Assembly (NCBI GenBank): GCA_943355005.1
Contig: CALRDV010000001.1
Location: 15,410-79,409 of the forward strand
From: Patescibacteria group bacterium
Lineage (GTDB): Bacteria > Patescibacteriota > Microgenomatia > UBA1400 > MFAQ01
Length of the DNA: 64,000 bases
Direction: 5' to 3'
Shown here: piece by piece, positions 1 to 9,451 of the stretch
Layout of the letters: each line of letters starts with the position of its first letter
How positions within the stretch are numbered: position 1 is the first letter of the stretch
Translations under genes and position numbers: made by a program
Notes under the pieces: model-generated
Told to the model about the DNA's origin: nothing
The model's input: only the letters and a program-made list of their open reading frames with translations
The model's database searches: none

Positions 1-353
1 ACAAAAAGAAAAAGGAGATGGTAGATAAGAGGAATGAAGCCGACTCTTTAATCATTCAAACTCGAAAAGTTCTTAAAGATGCAGGGGATAAATTTGGAGC
101 CGATGCTGCAAAGGAAATGTCTAACTCTCTAGATGAGCTGGAAAAAGAAGTTAAAAATGAGGCAGCTACTTTGGAGTCTCTCGATGCCAAATTAAAAGTC
201 TCAACTGAATTAGTTCAGAAACACGCCGAAGCCCTTTACAAGGCTGCTGCCGAAAAAGACAAAACAACTGAAGCGAAAACCGATTCATCACAGCCAGCGG
301 ACTCGTCCGCCGAAGCCTCTGCGAAGGCGGAAGAAGGAGAGGTTGTCGAATAA
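1..353 (+). CDS. dnaK: Hsp70 chaperone DnaK, C-terminal fragment (gene begins upstream of window)
   Basis: Frame is open from nt 1 (KKKKE precedes the listed Met). ...NEADSLIIQTRKVL...ELVQKH... plus an Ala/Glu-rich acidic tail matches the DnaK lid/C-terminus. A J-domain gene follows. Confidence 0.8.
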   Translation, partial: KKKKEMVDKRNEADSLIIQTRKVLKDAGDKFGADAAKEMSNSLDELEKEVKNEAATLESLDAKLKVSTELVQKHAEALYKAAAEKDKTTEAKTDSSQPADSSAEASAKAEEGEVVE

Positions 354-364
354 TTAATTCCTTG

Positions 365-390
365 TAGGGGCATTGCGCACAATGCCCCTA
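365..390 (+). other. GC-rich hairpin (11-bp stem TAGGGGCATTG/CAATGCCCCTA) in the dnaK-dnaJ spacer, no U-tract
   Basis: Perfect inverted repeat 365-375/380-390 with a 4-nt loop, directly after the dnaK stop. Confidence 0.5.
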
Positions 391-450
391 CAATAGACAA
401 TATCCTTTGTCTCCCGCCATGGCTGGACCATCTCAATCAAAACAAACACC

Positions 451-1311
451 ATGTCCACTACAAGAGATCTCTACGATATTTTAGGATTACAGAAAACCGC
501 TAGCGCGGCGGAGATTAAATCTGCCTATCGTAAGCTGGCTCTCAAGTGGCACCCGGACAGAAATAAAGAGAAGGACGCCACCGAAAAATTTAAGGAAATC
601 AACGAAGCTTACGAGATTTTAAGTAGTCCAGAGAAGAAATCTAAATACGACCAATTTGGTCACGCCGCCTTCGGCGGCGGTACCGGCTACAATCCGAATG
701 GTGGGGCTTCCGGTAATCCTTTTTCTTCATATTATTCCACCGGTGGCAATATAAATTTTGAGGATCTCTTTGGTGGTCAAGGAGGTTTCTCCGACCCTTT
801 TGATATTTTCAGCTCTTTCTTTGGAGGAAATGCCGGCGGTGGTCGAAGGCCGGCAAAGCCTCACTACACTTTGAAGCTTGAGTTTATGGACGCAGTCAAC
901 GGTATCGAGAAAACTATAGTTCACGAAGGTAAACAATATACAGTCAAAGTCCCCGCCGGTATCGAAGAGGGGAACCGTATTCGTTATAACGAGTTCGACG
1001 TTAGTTTTCAGATTAAAACTAGCCCAATTTTCAAGAGACAGGGCTACGATGTCATAGTTAATCACGAAATACCTTTTACCTTGGCTATTTTGGGTGGAGA
1101 GATTGAGGTGCCAACATTGGAAGGAAACACCAAACTTCGCATCCGCCCCGGGACTCAGCCCGAATCAGTTCTCAGGTTGACCGGTAAAGGGATTAAACAT
1201 CTTCAGACCAATCGCCACGGCGATCTCTACATCCGATTCGTCATCAAAATCCCATCAAAAATTTCCTCTAAGCAAAAAGACCTCCTCCAAAAATTCGAAG
1301 AACTCTCCTGA
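451..1311 (+). CDS. dnaJ: DnaJ-family co-chaperone (J domain + G/F region + C-terminal domains, no CxxCxGxG zinc-finger domain; CbpA-like type II)
   Basis: N-terminal DLYDILGL...YRKLALKWHPDRN...KFKEINEAYEILS J-domain with HPD motif. Gly/Phe-rich linker. No Cys-repeat zinc finger. Confidence 0.85.
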   Translation: MSTTRDLYDILGLQKTASAAEIKSAYRKLALKWHPDRNKEKDATEKFKEINEAYEILSSPEKKSKYDQFGHAAFGGGTGYNPNGGASGNPFSSYYSTGGNINFEDLFGGQGGFSDPFDIFSSFFGGNAGGGRRPAKPHYTLKLEFMDAVNGIEKTIVHEGKQYTVKVPAGIEEGNRIRYNEFDVSFQIKTSPIFKRQGYDVIVNHEIPFTLAILGGEIEVPTLEGNTKLRIRPGTQPESVLRLTGKGIKHLQTNRHGDLYIRFVIKIPSKISSKQKDLLQKFEELS

Positions 1312-1330
1312 CAATTTATAAATTTTTTGC

Positions 1331-1362
1331 CATAAAAAATCCTCGAACAAAAGTTCGAGGAT
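1331..1362 (-). terminator. Rho-independent terminator for the minus-strand gene 1375-1800
   Basis: Hairpin ATCCTCGAAC-aaaa-GTTCGAGGAT (1339-1362) followed on the minus strand by a U-run (plus-strand AAAAA 1334-1338). Confidence 0.6.
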
Positions 1363-1374
1363 TCACTTCTCTGG

Positions 1375-1800
1375 TTATTGCTTGTCTTTGAGGGTAAAAA
1401 AGAACGGAACCAGACACATCAATTCCCACACGGTCATCTTATCTGTCCAGTCGCTCAATACAGTATCGCGCACGATTGTTGCCAGTTTCTCACCTCGTAG
1501 ACCAAGACATGCCATGCTCATGAACATTGCCATGCCAATATTCGCGGGTAGTCCTGGAGTATACATCTTTACCCATTCTCGAACTGAATCTCGAGCAAAG
1601 TTTGGACCATATCGAGTCTTCATTGCCGCGGTCATAAAAGCGACTACATTGTCATCGTTGGCTGGCAAATCTATGGTATTTTCACCTGCAGCCACAAAAT
1701 CCTCGATGCAAGCAAGCACCTTCGTGCGCGACGCGATGTCAATGTCAGGGAATTGAAGATCGAAACGTTCCATGAATTTTGAAATATGTTCTTGTGCCAT
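1375..1800 (-). CDS. hypothetical protein (141 aa)
   Basis: Clean ORF convergent with dnaJ. No recognisable motif. Confidence 0.5.
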   Translation of the reverse strand: MAQEHISKFMERFDLQFPDIDIASRTKVLACIEDFVAAGENTIDLPANDDNVVAFMTAAMKTRYGPNFARDSVREWVKMYTPGLPANIGMAMFMSMACLGLRGEKLATIVRDTVLSDWTDKMTVWELMCLVPFFFTLKDKQ

Positions 1801-1991
1801 TGTTTCCTCCGGGAAGCGTTAGATTTGATGTATATTCTACCACACCCAAGCCCAAAAGTCAAACATTATAGGGTTCAGACAGGTTCTTGGGCAAAAGCCA
1901 TAGTTTTGTACTATAATAAGCAAGAATTAGTAAAGTTATTTATGGGCGGCGTAGGTCGTCCTTTTTACTAAATACTATAATTAAAATTATT

Positions 1992-2025
1992 GTCATTCCC
2001 GACCTGATCGGGAATCTATAAAAAT
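1992..2025 (+). repeat. Hairpin repeat GTCATTCCCGACCTGATCGGGAATC + TATAAAAAT box, 13 bp upstream of nusA ATG
   Basis: 8-bp stem ATTCCCGA/TCGGGAAT, loop CCTGA. Same element recurs upstream of rnj, rpoC, rpsG, rplX, adk. Confidence 0.9.
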
Positions 2026-2037
2026 AAGTTCAACAAA

Positions 2038-3243
2038 ATGGATACACAAACCCTTACCGCCCGTACCGAATTTGCCGCTGCTATCAATCAAATCTGCTCC
2101 GAACGTGGCATTTCCCCTGAAATCGTTTTAAACGCTATTAACGGTGCCTTGGTAGCCTCATTCAAGAAGGATTACCCTGAGCAAGCTCTCAAATTTGAGG
2201 AAGAGGAGCTCATTGTCTCCGCCGATGTAGACTCAGAAAACGGTCAATTCCGCCTCTTTGTTGGCAAGGAAGACGCAAAGAAGAAAGATCTGAAGGAAAT
2301 TACCCCTCCAGGATTTGGACGAATCGCCGCCCAAGCCGCCAAGCAAGTCATCCTCCAAACCATCCGCGAAGCCGAGCGTGAGGCTGTTCTCTCTGAATAC
2401 ACCGACCACTTGGGTGAAGTTATGACCGGTATGGTCCAGCGTATGGACGGTCGCAGTGTCGTCATCGATCTTGGCCGTGGTCAAGCAGTCATGCCTCCCG
2501 AAGAGCAAGTTCGCACCGAATTCTATCGTCTTAACTCTCGTGTCAGTGTCTATCTAAAAGAAATTACCGAAACGGTCAAAGGCAAGCAGATTATCTGTTC
2601 CAGAGCCGACGACAGATTACTCGCTGGACTTTTCCAGAGAGAAGTTCCTGAAGTTAGTTCCGGCGCCGTCCTCATCAAAGCCATTGCTCGCGAGCCGGGT
2701 TCCCGCTCAAAAGTTGCCGTTGAGTCCACTCAAGCAGGTGTTGATCCTGTCGGTTCTTGTGTCGGCCAAAAAGGCGTCCGCGTCCAAGCCGTCATCAATG
2801 ATCTAAACAACGAAAAAATCGACATTATTCAATGGTCTGAAGATAAAGATAAATTTATTAAATCTGCCTTAGCTCCCGCAGAAGGACTAAGTATCTCCTT
2901 CGATCGCAGATCCGGCGAAACTACCATTACTGTTCCTGCAGATCAGCTTTCTTTAGCAATTGGCCGAGGTGGTCAAAACGTCAAGCTTGCTGCTAAGCTC
3001 ACAGGCACTAAACTTCGTATTGTTTCCGAACAAGCTTCTCCTGAGTCGGCCATCGTCGTCACAGGCACCGAAGAATACGAAATCGATCAGCTCGACTTGG
3101 AAACCAAAGCCAGAAACACTTTGGTCGAAGCCGGACTCACTCACATTGAAGATCTTACAGAAGAAAAGTTGGACTCGGTCAAAGGCATCGGCCCCAAAAC
3201 TCTTGAGAAAATCAAGATCCAGCTCGCTTCATACAAAAGCTAA
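2038..3243 (+). CDS. nusA: transcription termination/antitermination factor NusA
   Basis: 401 aa, N-terminal NusA domain, S1 and KH regions (…GQKGVRVQAV…), followed by infB. Confidence 0.9.
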   Translation: MDTQTLTARTEFAAAINQICSERGISPEIVLNAINGALVASFKKDYPEQALKFEEEELIVSADVDSENGQFRLFVGKEDAKKKDLKEITPPGFGRIAAQAAKQVILQTIREAEREAVLSEYTDHLGEVMTGMVQRMDGRSVVIDLGRGQAVMPPEEQVRTEFYRLNSRVSVYLKEITETVKGKQIICSRADDRLLAGLFQREVPEVSSGAVLIKAIAREPGSRSKVAVESTQAGVDPVGSCVGQKGVRVQAVINDLNNEKIDIIQWSEDKDKFIKSALAPAEGLSISFDRRSGETTITVPADQLSLAIGRGGQNVKLAAKLTGTKLRIVSEQASPESAIVVTGTEEYEIDQLDLETKARNTLVEAGLTHIEDLTEEKLDSVKGIGPKTLEKIKIQLASYKS

Positions 3244-3252
3244 TTAAATCCT

Positions 3253-4728
3253 ATGTCAGAAAACATTTCGGCCACAAGACCGCCTGTGGTTACTATTCTT
3301 GGGCATGTAGACCATGGCAAGACATCACTTTTGGATCGTATCCGCCACGCTCAAGTAGCCGCCGGTGAAATTGGTGGTATCACTCAAGCCATAGGTGCAT
3401 ATCAAATCGAGCATAAAGGTCAAAAAATTACATTTATTGACACTCCTGGTCATGCCGCTTTTTCTGCCATGCGACGTCGAGGTGGTCAGGCAGCTGATGT
3501 TGCCATTCTTCTTGTCGCCGCCGACGACTCGGTCATGCCCCAAACAATTGAATCCATTGAACATATAAAAGCCGCCGGTATTCCTTTTGTCGTTGCTGTT
3601 AATAAGGTTGATTTGCCTGGGGTAAATCCCGATCGAGTTAAAACGGATTTGGCCAATAATGGCGTCTATGTCGAGGGCTACGGCGGTAATATTCCTTTGA
3701 TAAACATTTCTGCGAAGTCAGGTTCTGGCGTGGATGACCTTCTTGAAATTATTTTACTTTTAGCTGAACTTGAAGAGTTAAAAGATAATTCATCTGAATC
3801 TCCATCAACCGCTCTGGTTATCGAATCTTCCTTACACCCACAAATTGGTCCTCTTGCTACTCTTTTGGTTAAGTCCGGAGTCTTCAAAAAAAACAGCAAC
3901 TTATTTTTTGGAAAAAAAAATATCGGAAAAATTCGTTCCATGATCGATTACACTGGTAAAGCTATTCCTCAAGCCGGTCCATCCACTCCATTCCAGGTGA
4001 TTGGGCTCTCCGATGTTCCTAGTGTGGGAGATATTCTTACCGACATTTCTGTCATCCCGAGCGTAGTCGAGGGATCTCACTCCACCCCGTCATTGCGAGG
4101 AGGCGAAGGCGACGTGGCAATCCAGGATAACTCGGAAGTAACTCCGGGAGTAGTGATTGAGACCAAGCCAATGTCCGAAAGACCAACCATTTTATTAAAA
4201 GCCGACGTCCAAGGTTCTTTGGAAGCTATCTTGGGAGCCATCAAAGATCAAGCCAATATTGTTTACTCTGCAGTCGGAAATATTTCCGACACAGATATTC
4301 AGACAGCTTACGCCGCAGGTGCCGAGATTCTTGGTTTTAATGTCCGCATTTCCAGCTCAGTTACCAAGCTAGCCGAAATTGAAAAGGTTAAATTCACCAA
4401 TTTCCGTATCATCTATCAGCTCTTTGATTATTTAAAGGATCTTCAGGCGAAAAAAACCATTGCCCAAGGTCCAAAAATTATAGAAACCGGTCAAGCTACA
4501 GTTCTTAAAGTATTCAATTTTGGCGGGACAATGGTTTATGGTTGTTTGGTTACTTCGGGCAAAATAAAATTTGGAGACAAAATTCAAAACTCTCGAATTT
4601 CTACCCTAAAAATAAATAAAGCCGATGTTTCCGAAGCCAAAAAGGATCAAGAGTTTGGGGCCACTTTGACACCCTCTATTGACTTTAAGCCCGGTGATAT
4701 AATGACGGCTACTACTATAGAAGCCTAA
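3253..4728 (+). CDS. infB: translation initiation factor IF-2 (short form lacking the N-terminal domains)
   Basis: [17 protein letters not shown]1 motif, DTPGH, NKVD. 491 aa, so the N-terminal region typical of bacterial IF2 is absent. Confidence 0.92.
   Translation: MSENISATRPPVVTILGHVDHGKTSLLDRIRHAQVAAGEIGGITQAIGAYQIEHKGQKITFIDTPGHAAFSAMRRRGGQAADVAILLVAADDSVMPQTIESIEHIKAAGIPFVVAVNKVDLPGVNPDRVKTDLANNGVYVEGYGGNIPLINISAKSGSGVDDLLEIILLLAELEELKDNSSESPSTALVIESSLHPQIGPLATLLVKSGVFKKNSNLFFGKKNIGKIRSMIDYTGKAIPQAGPSTPFQVIGLSDVPSVGDILTDISVIPSVVEGSHSTPSLRGGEGDVAIQDNSEVTPGVVIETKPMSERPTILLKADVQGSLEAILGAIKDQANIVYSAVGNISDTDIQTAYAAGAEILGFNVRISSSVTKLAEIEKVKFTNFRIIYQLFDYLKDLQAKKTIAQGPKIIETGQATVLKVFNFGGTMVYGCLVTSGKIKFGDKIQNSRISTLKINKADVSEAKKDQEFGATLTPSIDFKPGDIMTATTIEA
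4051..4126 (+). repeat. Two adjacent hairpin-repeat elements embedded in-frame in infB (encode SVIPSVVEGSHSTPSLRGGEGDVAIQ)
   Basis: GTCATCCCGAGCGTAGTCGAGGGATCTCACTCC + CCCCGTCATTGCGAGG...GTGGCAATCCAGG. The same modules occur intergenically elsewhere. The insertion lies in the IF2 linker preceding the conserved ILLKADVQGS. Confidence 0.8.
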
Positions 4729-4730
4729 CT

Positions 4731-5696
4731 ATGGACGATCAAAATCAATTTTCCTCATCCAAAAAACTGATCCAGTCAGCCAGCTCGTTAATTGTTGCTC
4801 TTCCGCCGGATCCTTCTTCTGATATTGTTTCTGCTGGACTAAGTCTTCATCTTTCTTTTATCGCTTCAGGTAAGAAATCTCAAATCGGCTGCGGTACTCA
4901 AGTTCATGTCGATCCTAAACTGGTCGGAGCTCAGGAGATTGCTGATAGTATCGGAGCCAAAAATCTAGTCATTTCCTTTGATTATCACGAAGATGATTTG
5001 GAAAAAGTGGACTACGATGTCCGCCCCGATGGTAAGTTCTATCTTATGATCAAGCCAAAAGCCGGTGCCCCCACCCCTGATGTCAGCAACGTCAAATATT
5101 CCTACTCCGGCGCCTCAGCAGACCTGGTCATAACTCTAGGCATTAATTCTCTTGAAGAACTCGGCAAGATTTATGCCGATGAAAAAAACTTCTTAGATGA
5201 AGCCAAAATCCTTAGTTTAAATATCACTCCTAGGCCGGTGCAATTCACCAAAAATCTCCTTCATCAGTCAGCCAATTCTTTTTCCGAGCTGGTTTCCGAA
5301 CTCGTTGAGAAAACAGAGCTGAAAATTTCCGGAGATTCAGCCAAAAATCTACTTAGCTCTATTTACGAAGAAACCAAAAGTTTGACCAGTCCAAAGATGA
5401 CCGCTAACACTTTTTCTTCCATTTCCTTCCTTATGAGGAATGGAGCCAGGCTTCCAAATCAGCAAGCCTTTGTTCCTAGATTTTCCCAACCAACTTTCTT
5501 TGAAGCCCCTCACGCCCCCTCTGTCATTCCGACCGAAGTGGAGGAATCTCAAACCACCAACATAAGTGACGACGACAACGTTCCCATGCCCCAGGAGGAG
5601 AACAAGCCCTACGTCATTCCTCCATCGAACCTGCCAAACCAGAACGTCCCAAATGACTGGACCAAGCCCAAAATCTTCCGCGCTGGCGACCTCTAA
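4731..5696 (+). CDS. hypothetical protein, possibly degenerate DHH/NrnA-like phosphoesterase (catalytic DHH motif not conserved)
   Basis: N-terminal LIVALPPDPSSDIVSAGL resembles DHH motif I (hxxPDxDxxGS). Later DLVITLG and LMIKPKAG sit where DHH would be. Pro-rich C-terminus. Occupies the rbfA/nrnA slot after infB. Confidence 0.35.
   Translation: MDDQNQFSSSKKLIQSASSLIVALPPDPSSDIVSAGLSLHLSFIASGKKSQIGCGTQVHVDPKLVGAQEIADSIGAKNLVISFDYHEDDLEKVDYDVRPDGKFYLMIKPKAGAPTPDVSNVKYSYSGASADLVITLGINSLEELGKIYADEKNFLDEAKILSLNITPRPVQFTKNLLHQSANSFSELVSELVEKTELKISGDSAKNLLSSIYEETKSLTSPKMTANTFSSISFLMRNGARLPNQQAFVPRFSQPTFFEAPHAPSVIPTEVEESQTTNISDDDNVPMPQEENKPYVIPPSNLPNQNVPNDWTKPKIFRAGDL
5523..5550 (+). repeat. Hairpin repeat (GTCATTCCGACCGAAGTGGAGGAATCTC) in-frame inside CDS 4731-5696 (encodes VIPTEVEES)
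   Basis: Same family termini GTCATTCC...GGAATC. Read in the same frame (GTC ATT CCG = VIP) as the infB copy. Confidence 0.7.
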
Positions 5697-5713
5697 GTGC
5701 TAATATGTAGTAT

Positions 5714-6703
5714 ATGCCATTTACAGAACCTGTTCCATCTACAGAAATACCAGCAGACGATTCTCTAGAAATTCTCCATGAAAGAGGTAGTCTAGATGAA
5801 CGCAAGATAGTATTCAACGGTTTTGGTTCTCTGGATGCTCCATTTCATGGACTACCTAAAACAGAAAGATTGGAAGTAACTCTTGCCGCAAATGCAATCG
5901 TAGAGCTAGCTACATTTTTTACTGAAAAATCCTTTGAGGTTACCCCTGCCATGATTATGTCCAGAAATACACTTCCTTCAGGCGAGGTGGAAAACTGGGA
6001 CAGTTTGACCAAACAACTTGAGACTATAGATCCCCAGAAACGTGTAATTCCTGAAATTGTAGCTTCGATGAAGAGCAAGATGGCACAACTGTTATCCTCC
6101 CAGCCAGCCACCAGTGGAAGTGAAATTTCTAAGCTATTGATGGATAGGGATAAGATTGTAGAGACCCAGAGGACATCTTCTGTTATTACTCCGGATATGT
6201 GTCGTTTGGTAGGTGATACTATGGCTCTAATCACCTTTGGGCGTTTACCTCAAGAAAGTCTAAGAGATATCATACAATCAGATTCTCCAAAAGATTCTGA
6301 AGAACAAATACTTGAGATTATGGACATCATTGAAAATGTCAACTTTGAGGATTCAAATGAAGTTTATTTGAAATTATTAATAAACGGTCGCTTGCCAAAA
6401 ACCTTAAAATCTATTCAAGAAAGTGCAGATTCTGTTGACTTAAACACAACGCCGGACTTTCGTGCTGCCTCCTGGTTTCTCGCCGAAGTAAGGCTAAAAT
6501 ACAAAGATAAACAGTTTACCCCGAAGCAGTGGTCGGATTATCTAGGTGAGGTAAATAAGGCCGTTATGGATGCCAGATTAGCCCGCATGAGTAAGCCATT
6601 AATTATTTGCGGTGATGTTTCACAAAAAATGAGTCTAGACGAGGGATATGCCTTCTTAATGGCCAACTATCTCTATGGCAAAGAGCAAAAACTAGTTAAT
6701 TAG
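5714..6703 (+). CDS. hypothetical protein (329 aa) occupying the truB/ribF position before rpsO
   Basis: Clean ORF. Only weak local resemblance (GFGSLDAPFHGL) to the TruB GHxGTLDPxAxG motif. Not a confident assignment. Confidence 0.5.
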   Translation: MPFTEPVPSTEIPADDSLEILHERGSLDERKIVFNGFGSLDAPFHGLPKTERLEVTLAANAIVELATFFTEKSFEVTPAMIMSRNTLPSGEVENWDSLTKQLETIDPQKRVIPEIVASMKSKMAQLLSSQPATSGSEISKLLMDRDKIVETQRTSSVITPDMCRLVGDTMALITFGRLPQESLRDIIQSDSPKDSEEQILEIMDIIENVNFEDSNEVYLKLLINGRLPKTLKSIQESADSVDLNTTPDFRAASWFLAEVRLKYKDKQFTPKQWSDYLGEVNKAVMDARLARMSKPLIICGDVSQKMSLDEGYAFLMANYLYGKEQKLVN

Positions 6704-6761
6704 CCCTTCTCAGTTATGCCTGTTGGCAAATCTGCTCCTATCTGCTACAATACCGATTGAT

Positions 6762-7049
6762 ATGGCTCTTAAATCAGACAAAAAAATCGACATCATTAAG
6801 AAATTCTCCGCCAGTCCAAAAGACACTGGTTCTCCTCGTGTGCAGGTAGCACTCCTAACTTCTCAAATCGAGGAGCTCACCGGCCACCTTAAGGTCCACA
6901 AGAAGGATCACCACTCCCGCCGAGGTCTTCTCAAGATCATCTCCAAGCGCCGACGCCTTCTCAACTACCTCAGTAAATCCAATCCTACCGACTATTTAGA
7001 CATCACCAAGTCACTTAAAATTACAAGCCAGTTGCGCTCAGCCGAATAA
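6762..7049 (+). CDS. rpsO: 30S ribosomal protein S15
   Basis: MALKSDKK...VQVALLTSQIEELTGHLKVHKKDHHSRRGLLK. ATG at 6762 is preferred over the TTG at 6723. TACAAT lies about 16 nt upstream. Confidence 0.9.
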   Translation: MALKSDKKIDIIKKFSASPKDTGSPRVQVALLTSQIEELTGHLKVHKKDHHSRRGLLKIISKRRRLLNYLSKSNPTDYLDITKSLKITSQLRSAE

Positions 7050-7179
7050 TTGTCTCTCGTATTAAGCGGGGATATATAGACATTTGAGGAGTAAATAGAG
7101 CACATCCCGAGCGTGGGGTATCTTCTCTTTTCTTCTCAAGTCACGGTGGAGCCAGCTATATTCAGAAAGGAAACCGGAT

Positions 7180-9396
7180 ATGACCTATCCATCCACCACC
7201 ATTGTTCTCAATGGTAAAACCATTATTATCGAGACCGGCCATTTTGGCGCTCAAGCTTCAGGTTCCGTCACTGTTCGTTGCGGAGACACTGTCGTTATCG
7301 CTTCCGTCGTTGCTTCCAAAAAGATCAAAGAAGGTATTGATTACTTCCCTTTATCTCTTGAATACCAGGAGAAATTTTATGCGGGTGGAGTCATCAGTTC
7401 CAGCCGCTTCATCAAACGTGAAGGTCGACCTTCCGAAAACGAAATTCTTACCGGCCGCGTCATAGACCGTTCGTTAAGACCTCTTTTTGACCAAGGCTCC
7501 AGAAATGAAGTCCAAATCATGGTTTCTCCGCTTTCCTACGATGGATCCGAAGAGCCTGAAATCTTGGCTGTCATTGCTGCTTCCGCTGCTGTTTCTGTCT
7601 CTGATTACCCATGGGCCGGTCCTGTCGGTGCTGTCCGAGTCGGAATGGACGCCAATGGTGAGTACATAGTGAACCCCACCGTTGAACAGAAAAAAGCTTC
7701 TCCTCTAGATTTGGTAATTTCCGGTCCTAAGGGTGGTATTTCCATGGTCGAGTCCGGAGCCAACGAAGTTTCCGAAGAAAAAATGATTGGTGCTTTGAGA
7801 TTTGCCGCGGAACATGTAGACACAATTGCCGATGCCATTGCTACTTTTGCCAAAGAGAATGGTAAAAAGAAACGTGAAATCGTCATTGCAGGTGTCGATG
7901 AAGCCGTCAAAAAGATTGTTGAAGAAGAATTTAAAAATGTTGAAGAAATATTAGTCAACGAAGCCAAGAAAACCGGAACTCAAGTTTCCGAAATCACCAG
8001 AGCTATTGCTACTAAATATCCCGACCTCGACCCTAATCAAATCAATGAAGTCGCCGATAGTATGCTTCGTGTCTTGGCCAGATCACAAATATTAGATAAA
8101 AATATTCGTGCCGATGGTCGCGAAGTCGAAGAAATCCGCAAGGTCAATATTGAAGTTGGTCTTCTTCCTCGTACTCACGGTTCTGCATTCTTCCAGCGAG
8201 GTCTTACCCATGTACTGTCTGTCGTCACTTTAGCTTCACCTGCCAGAGCTATGACTATCGATGGTATGAAAGGTGAAGAAATTCGCCGCTACTTCCATCA
8301 CTACAATATGCCTGGCTTCGCTTCCGGAGAAACAGGACGCCCAGGTACCGGCCGACGTGAAATTGGTCACGGCGCTTTAGCCGAAAGAGCTATCGTCCCC
8401 ATGCTTCCTGACGCTGCCACTTTCCCTTACACTATCCGTGTCGTTTCCGAAGTCATGTCCAGTAATGGTTCCACTTCTCAAGCTTCCGTCTGCGGTTCCA
8501 CTCTTTCATTGATGGACGCCGGAGTTCCTCTCAAGAAACCAGTTGCCGGAGTTGCCATGGGTCTTATTACCGAAGGTGATAAATACGTTACTCTTACTGA
8601 CATCAGTGGTTTTGAAGATCACTTTGGTGACATGGACTTCAAAGTTGCCGGCACTGTCGACGGTATTACCGCTCTTCAGATGGACTGTAAAGTCACTGGT
8701 GTTAACGCAGAAATTCTTGTCAAAGCTTTGGATCAAGCCAAACGTGGCCGTCTAAAACTTCTGGACATCATGAACGAAACACTTTCGGCACCACGTCCTA
8801 AACTTTCTCAATATGCTCCAAGAATTACTTCTACGAAGATTCCTCAGCTAAAGATTGGTGAAATAATTGGACCGGGGGGCAAGATGATCCGCCAAATTCA
8901 AGAAGATTTTGAATGTGAAATTGACATCCAAGAAGATGGCACTGTCACTGTCACCGGCAATGATCAAGCCAAAGTTGATGGAGCCATTGCTTACATCGAT
9001 TCTATGGTTGCCGAAGCTGAAGTTGGCAAGACTTACAACGGAACCGTTGTTCGTATCGAAGCCTTTGGTGCTTTTGTAAATATTATCCCCGGTAAAGATG
9101 GTCTTGTTCATGTTAGCCAAGTCCACCCTGATACTTTCCGAGCCATGAAAATGGGGGACAAAGTCAAAGTCAAATGCTACGAAATCGATTCCATGGGCAG
9201 AGTCAATCTGACGATGCTGGAAGAAGGTGAGTCCCCAATCAGAGCCGAAAGACCCGCAGGTGGTTCAGGCTTTGGTGGTGGTCAGCCTTCCGGCGGTCGA
9301 AGTTTCGGGGGTGGCGATAGAGATGGTAGAGGTGGCGACAGCCGTCCTCCTCGCGCTGGTCGTCCAACCTTCAGCAAATTCCGCGACACCCGCTAA
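7180..9396 (+). CDS. pnp: polyribonucleotide nucleotidyltransferase (PNPase) with Gly/Arg-rich C-terminal tail
   Basis: Two RNase-PH domains, KH and S1 (…GKMIRQIQEDFECEIDI…; …GTVVRIEAFGAFVNI…). Tail GGSGFGGGQPSGGRSFGGGDRDGRGGDSR. Confidence 0.95.
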   Translation: MTYPSTTIVLNGKTIIIETGHFGAQASGSVTVRCGDTVVIASVVASKKIKEGIDYFPLSLEYQEKFYAGGVISSSRFIKREGRPSENEILTGRVIDRSLRPLFDQGSRNEVQIMVSPLSYDGSEEPEILAVIAASAAVSVSDYPWAGPVGAVRVGMDANGEYIVNPTVEQKKASPLDLVISGPKGGISMVESGANEVSEEKMIGALRFAAEHVDTIADAIATFAKENGKKKREIVIAGVDEAVKKIVEEEFKNVEEILVNEAKKTGTQVSEITRAIATKYPDLDPNQINEVADSMLRVLARSQILDKNIRADGREVEEIRKVNIEVGLLPRTHGSAFFQRGLTHVLSVVTLASPARAMTIDGMKGEEIRRYFHHYNMPGFASGETGRPGTGRREIGHGALAERAIVPMLPDAATFPYTIRVVSEVMSSNGSTSQASVCGSTLSLMDAGVPLKKPVAGVAMGLITEGDKYVTLTDISGFEDHFGDMDFKVAGTVDGITALQMDCKVTGVNAEILVKALDQAKRGRLKLLDIMNETLSAPRPKLSQYAPRITSTKIPQLKIGEIIGPGGKMIRQIQEDFECEIDIQEDGTVTVTGNDQAKVDGAIAYIDSMVAEAEVGKTYNGTVVRIEAFGAFVNIIPGKDGLVHVSQVHPDTFRAMKMGDKVKVKCYEIDSMGRVNLTMLEEGESPIRAERPAGGSGFGGGQPSGGRSFGGGDRDGRGGDSRPPRAGRPTFSKFRDTR

Positions 9397-9420
9397 CCGC
9401 CGTCATTGCAAAAGCCGTAT

Positions 9421-9449
9421 AAAATCCCCATAACCGGGGATTTTTTTAT
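9421..9449 (+). terminator. Rho-independent terminator after pnp
   Basis: AATCCCC-ataacc-GGGGATT followed by TTTTTTT. Confidence 0.8.
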
Positions 9450-9451
9450 TT

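Noticed and set aside
236-436. Antisense 66-aa ORF overlapping the dnaK 3' end
   Set aside because: Entirely inside the opposite strand of a confident CDS. No start context.
727-1065. Antisense ORF inside dnaJ
   Set aside because: Overlaps a conserved gene on the other strand. Typical of shadow ORFs.
1786-1971. 61-aa plus-strand ORF upstream of nusA
   Set aside because: Overlaps the 5' end of the minus-strand gene and the repeat-bearing promoter region. No SD or -10 context.
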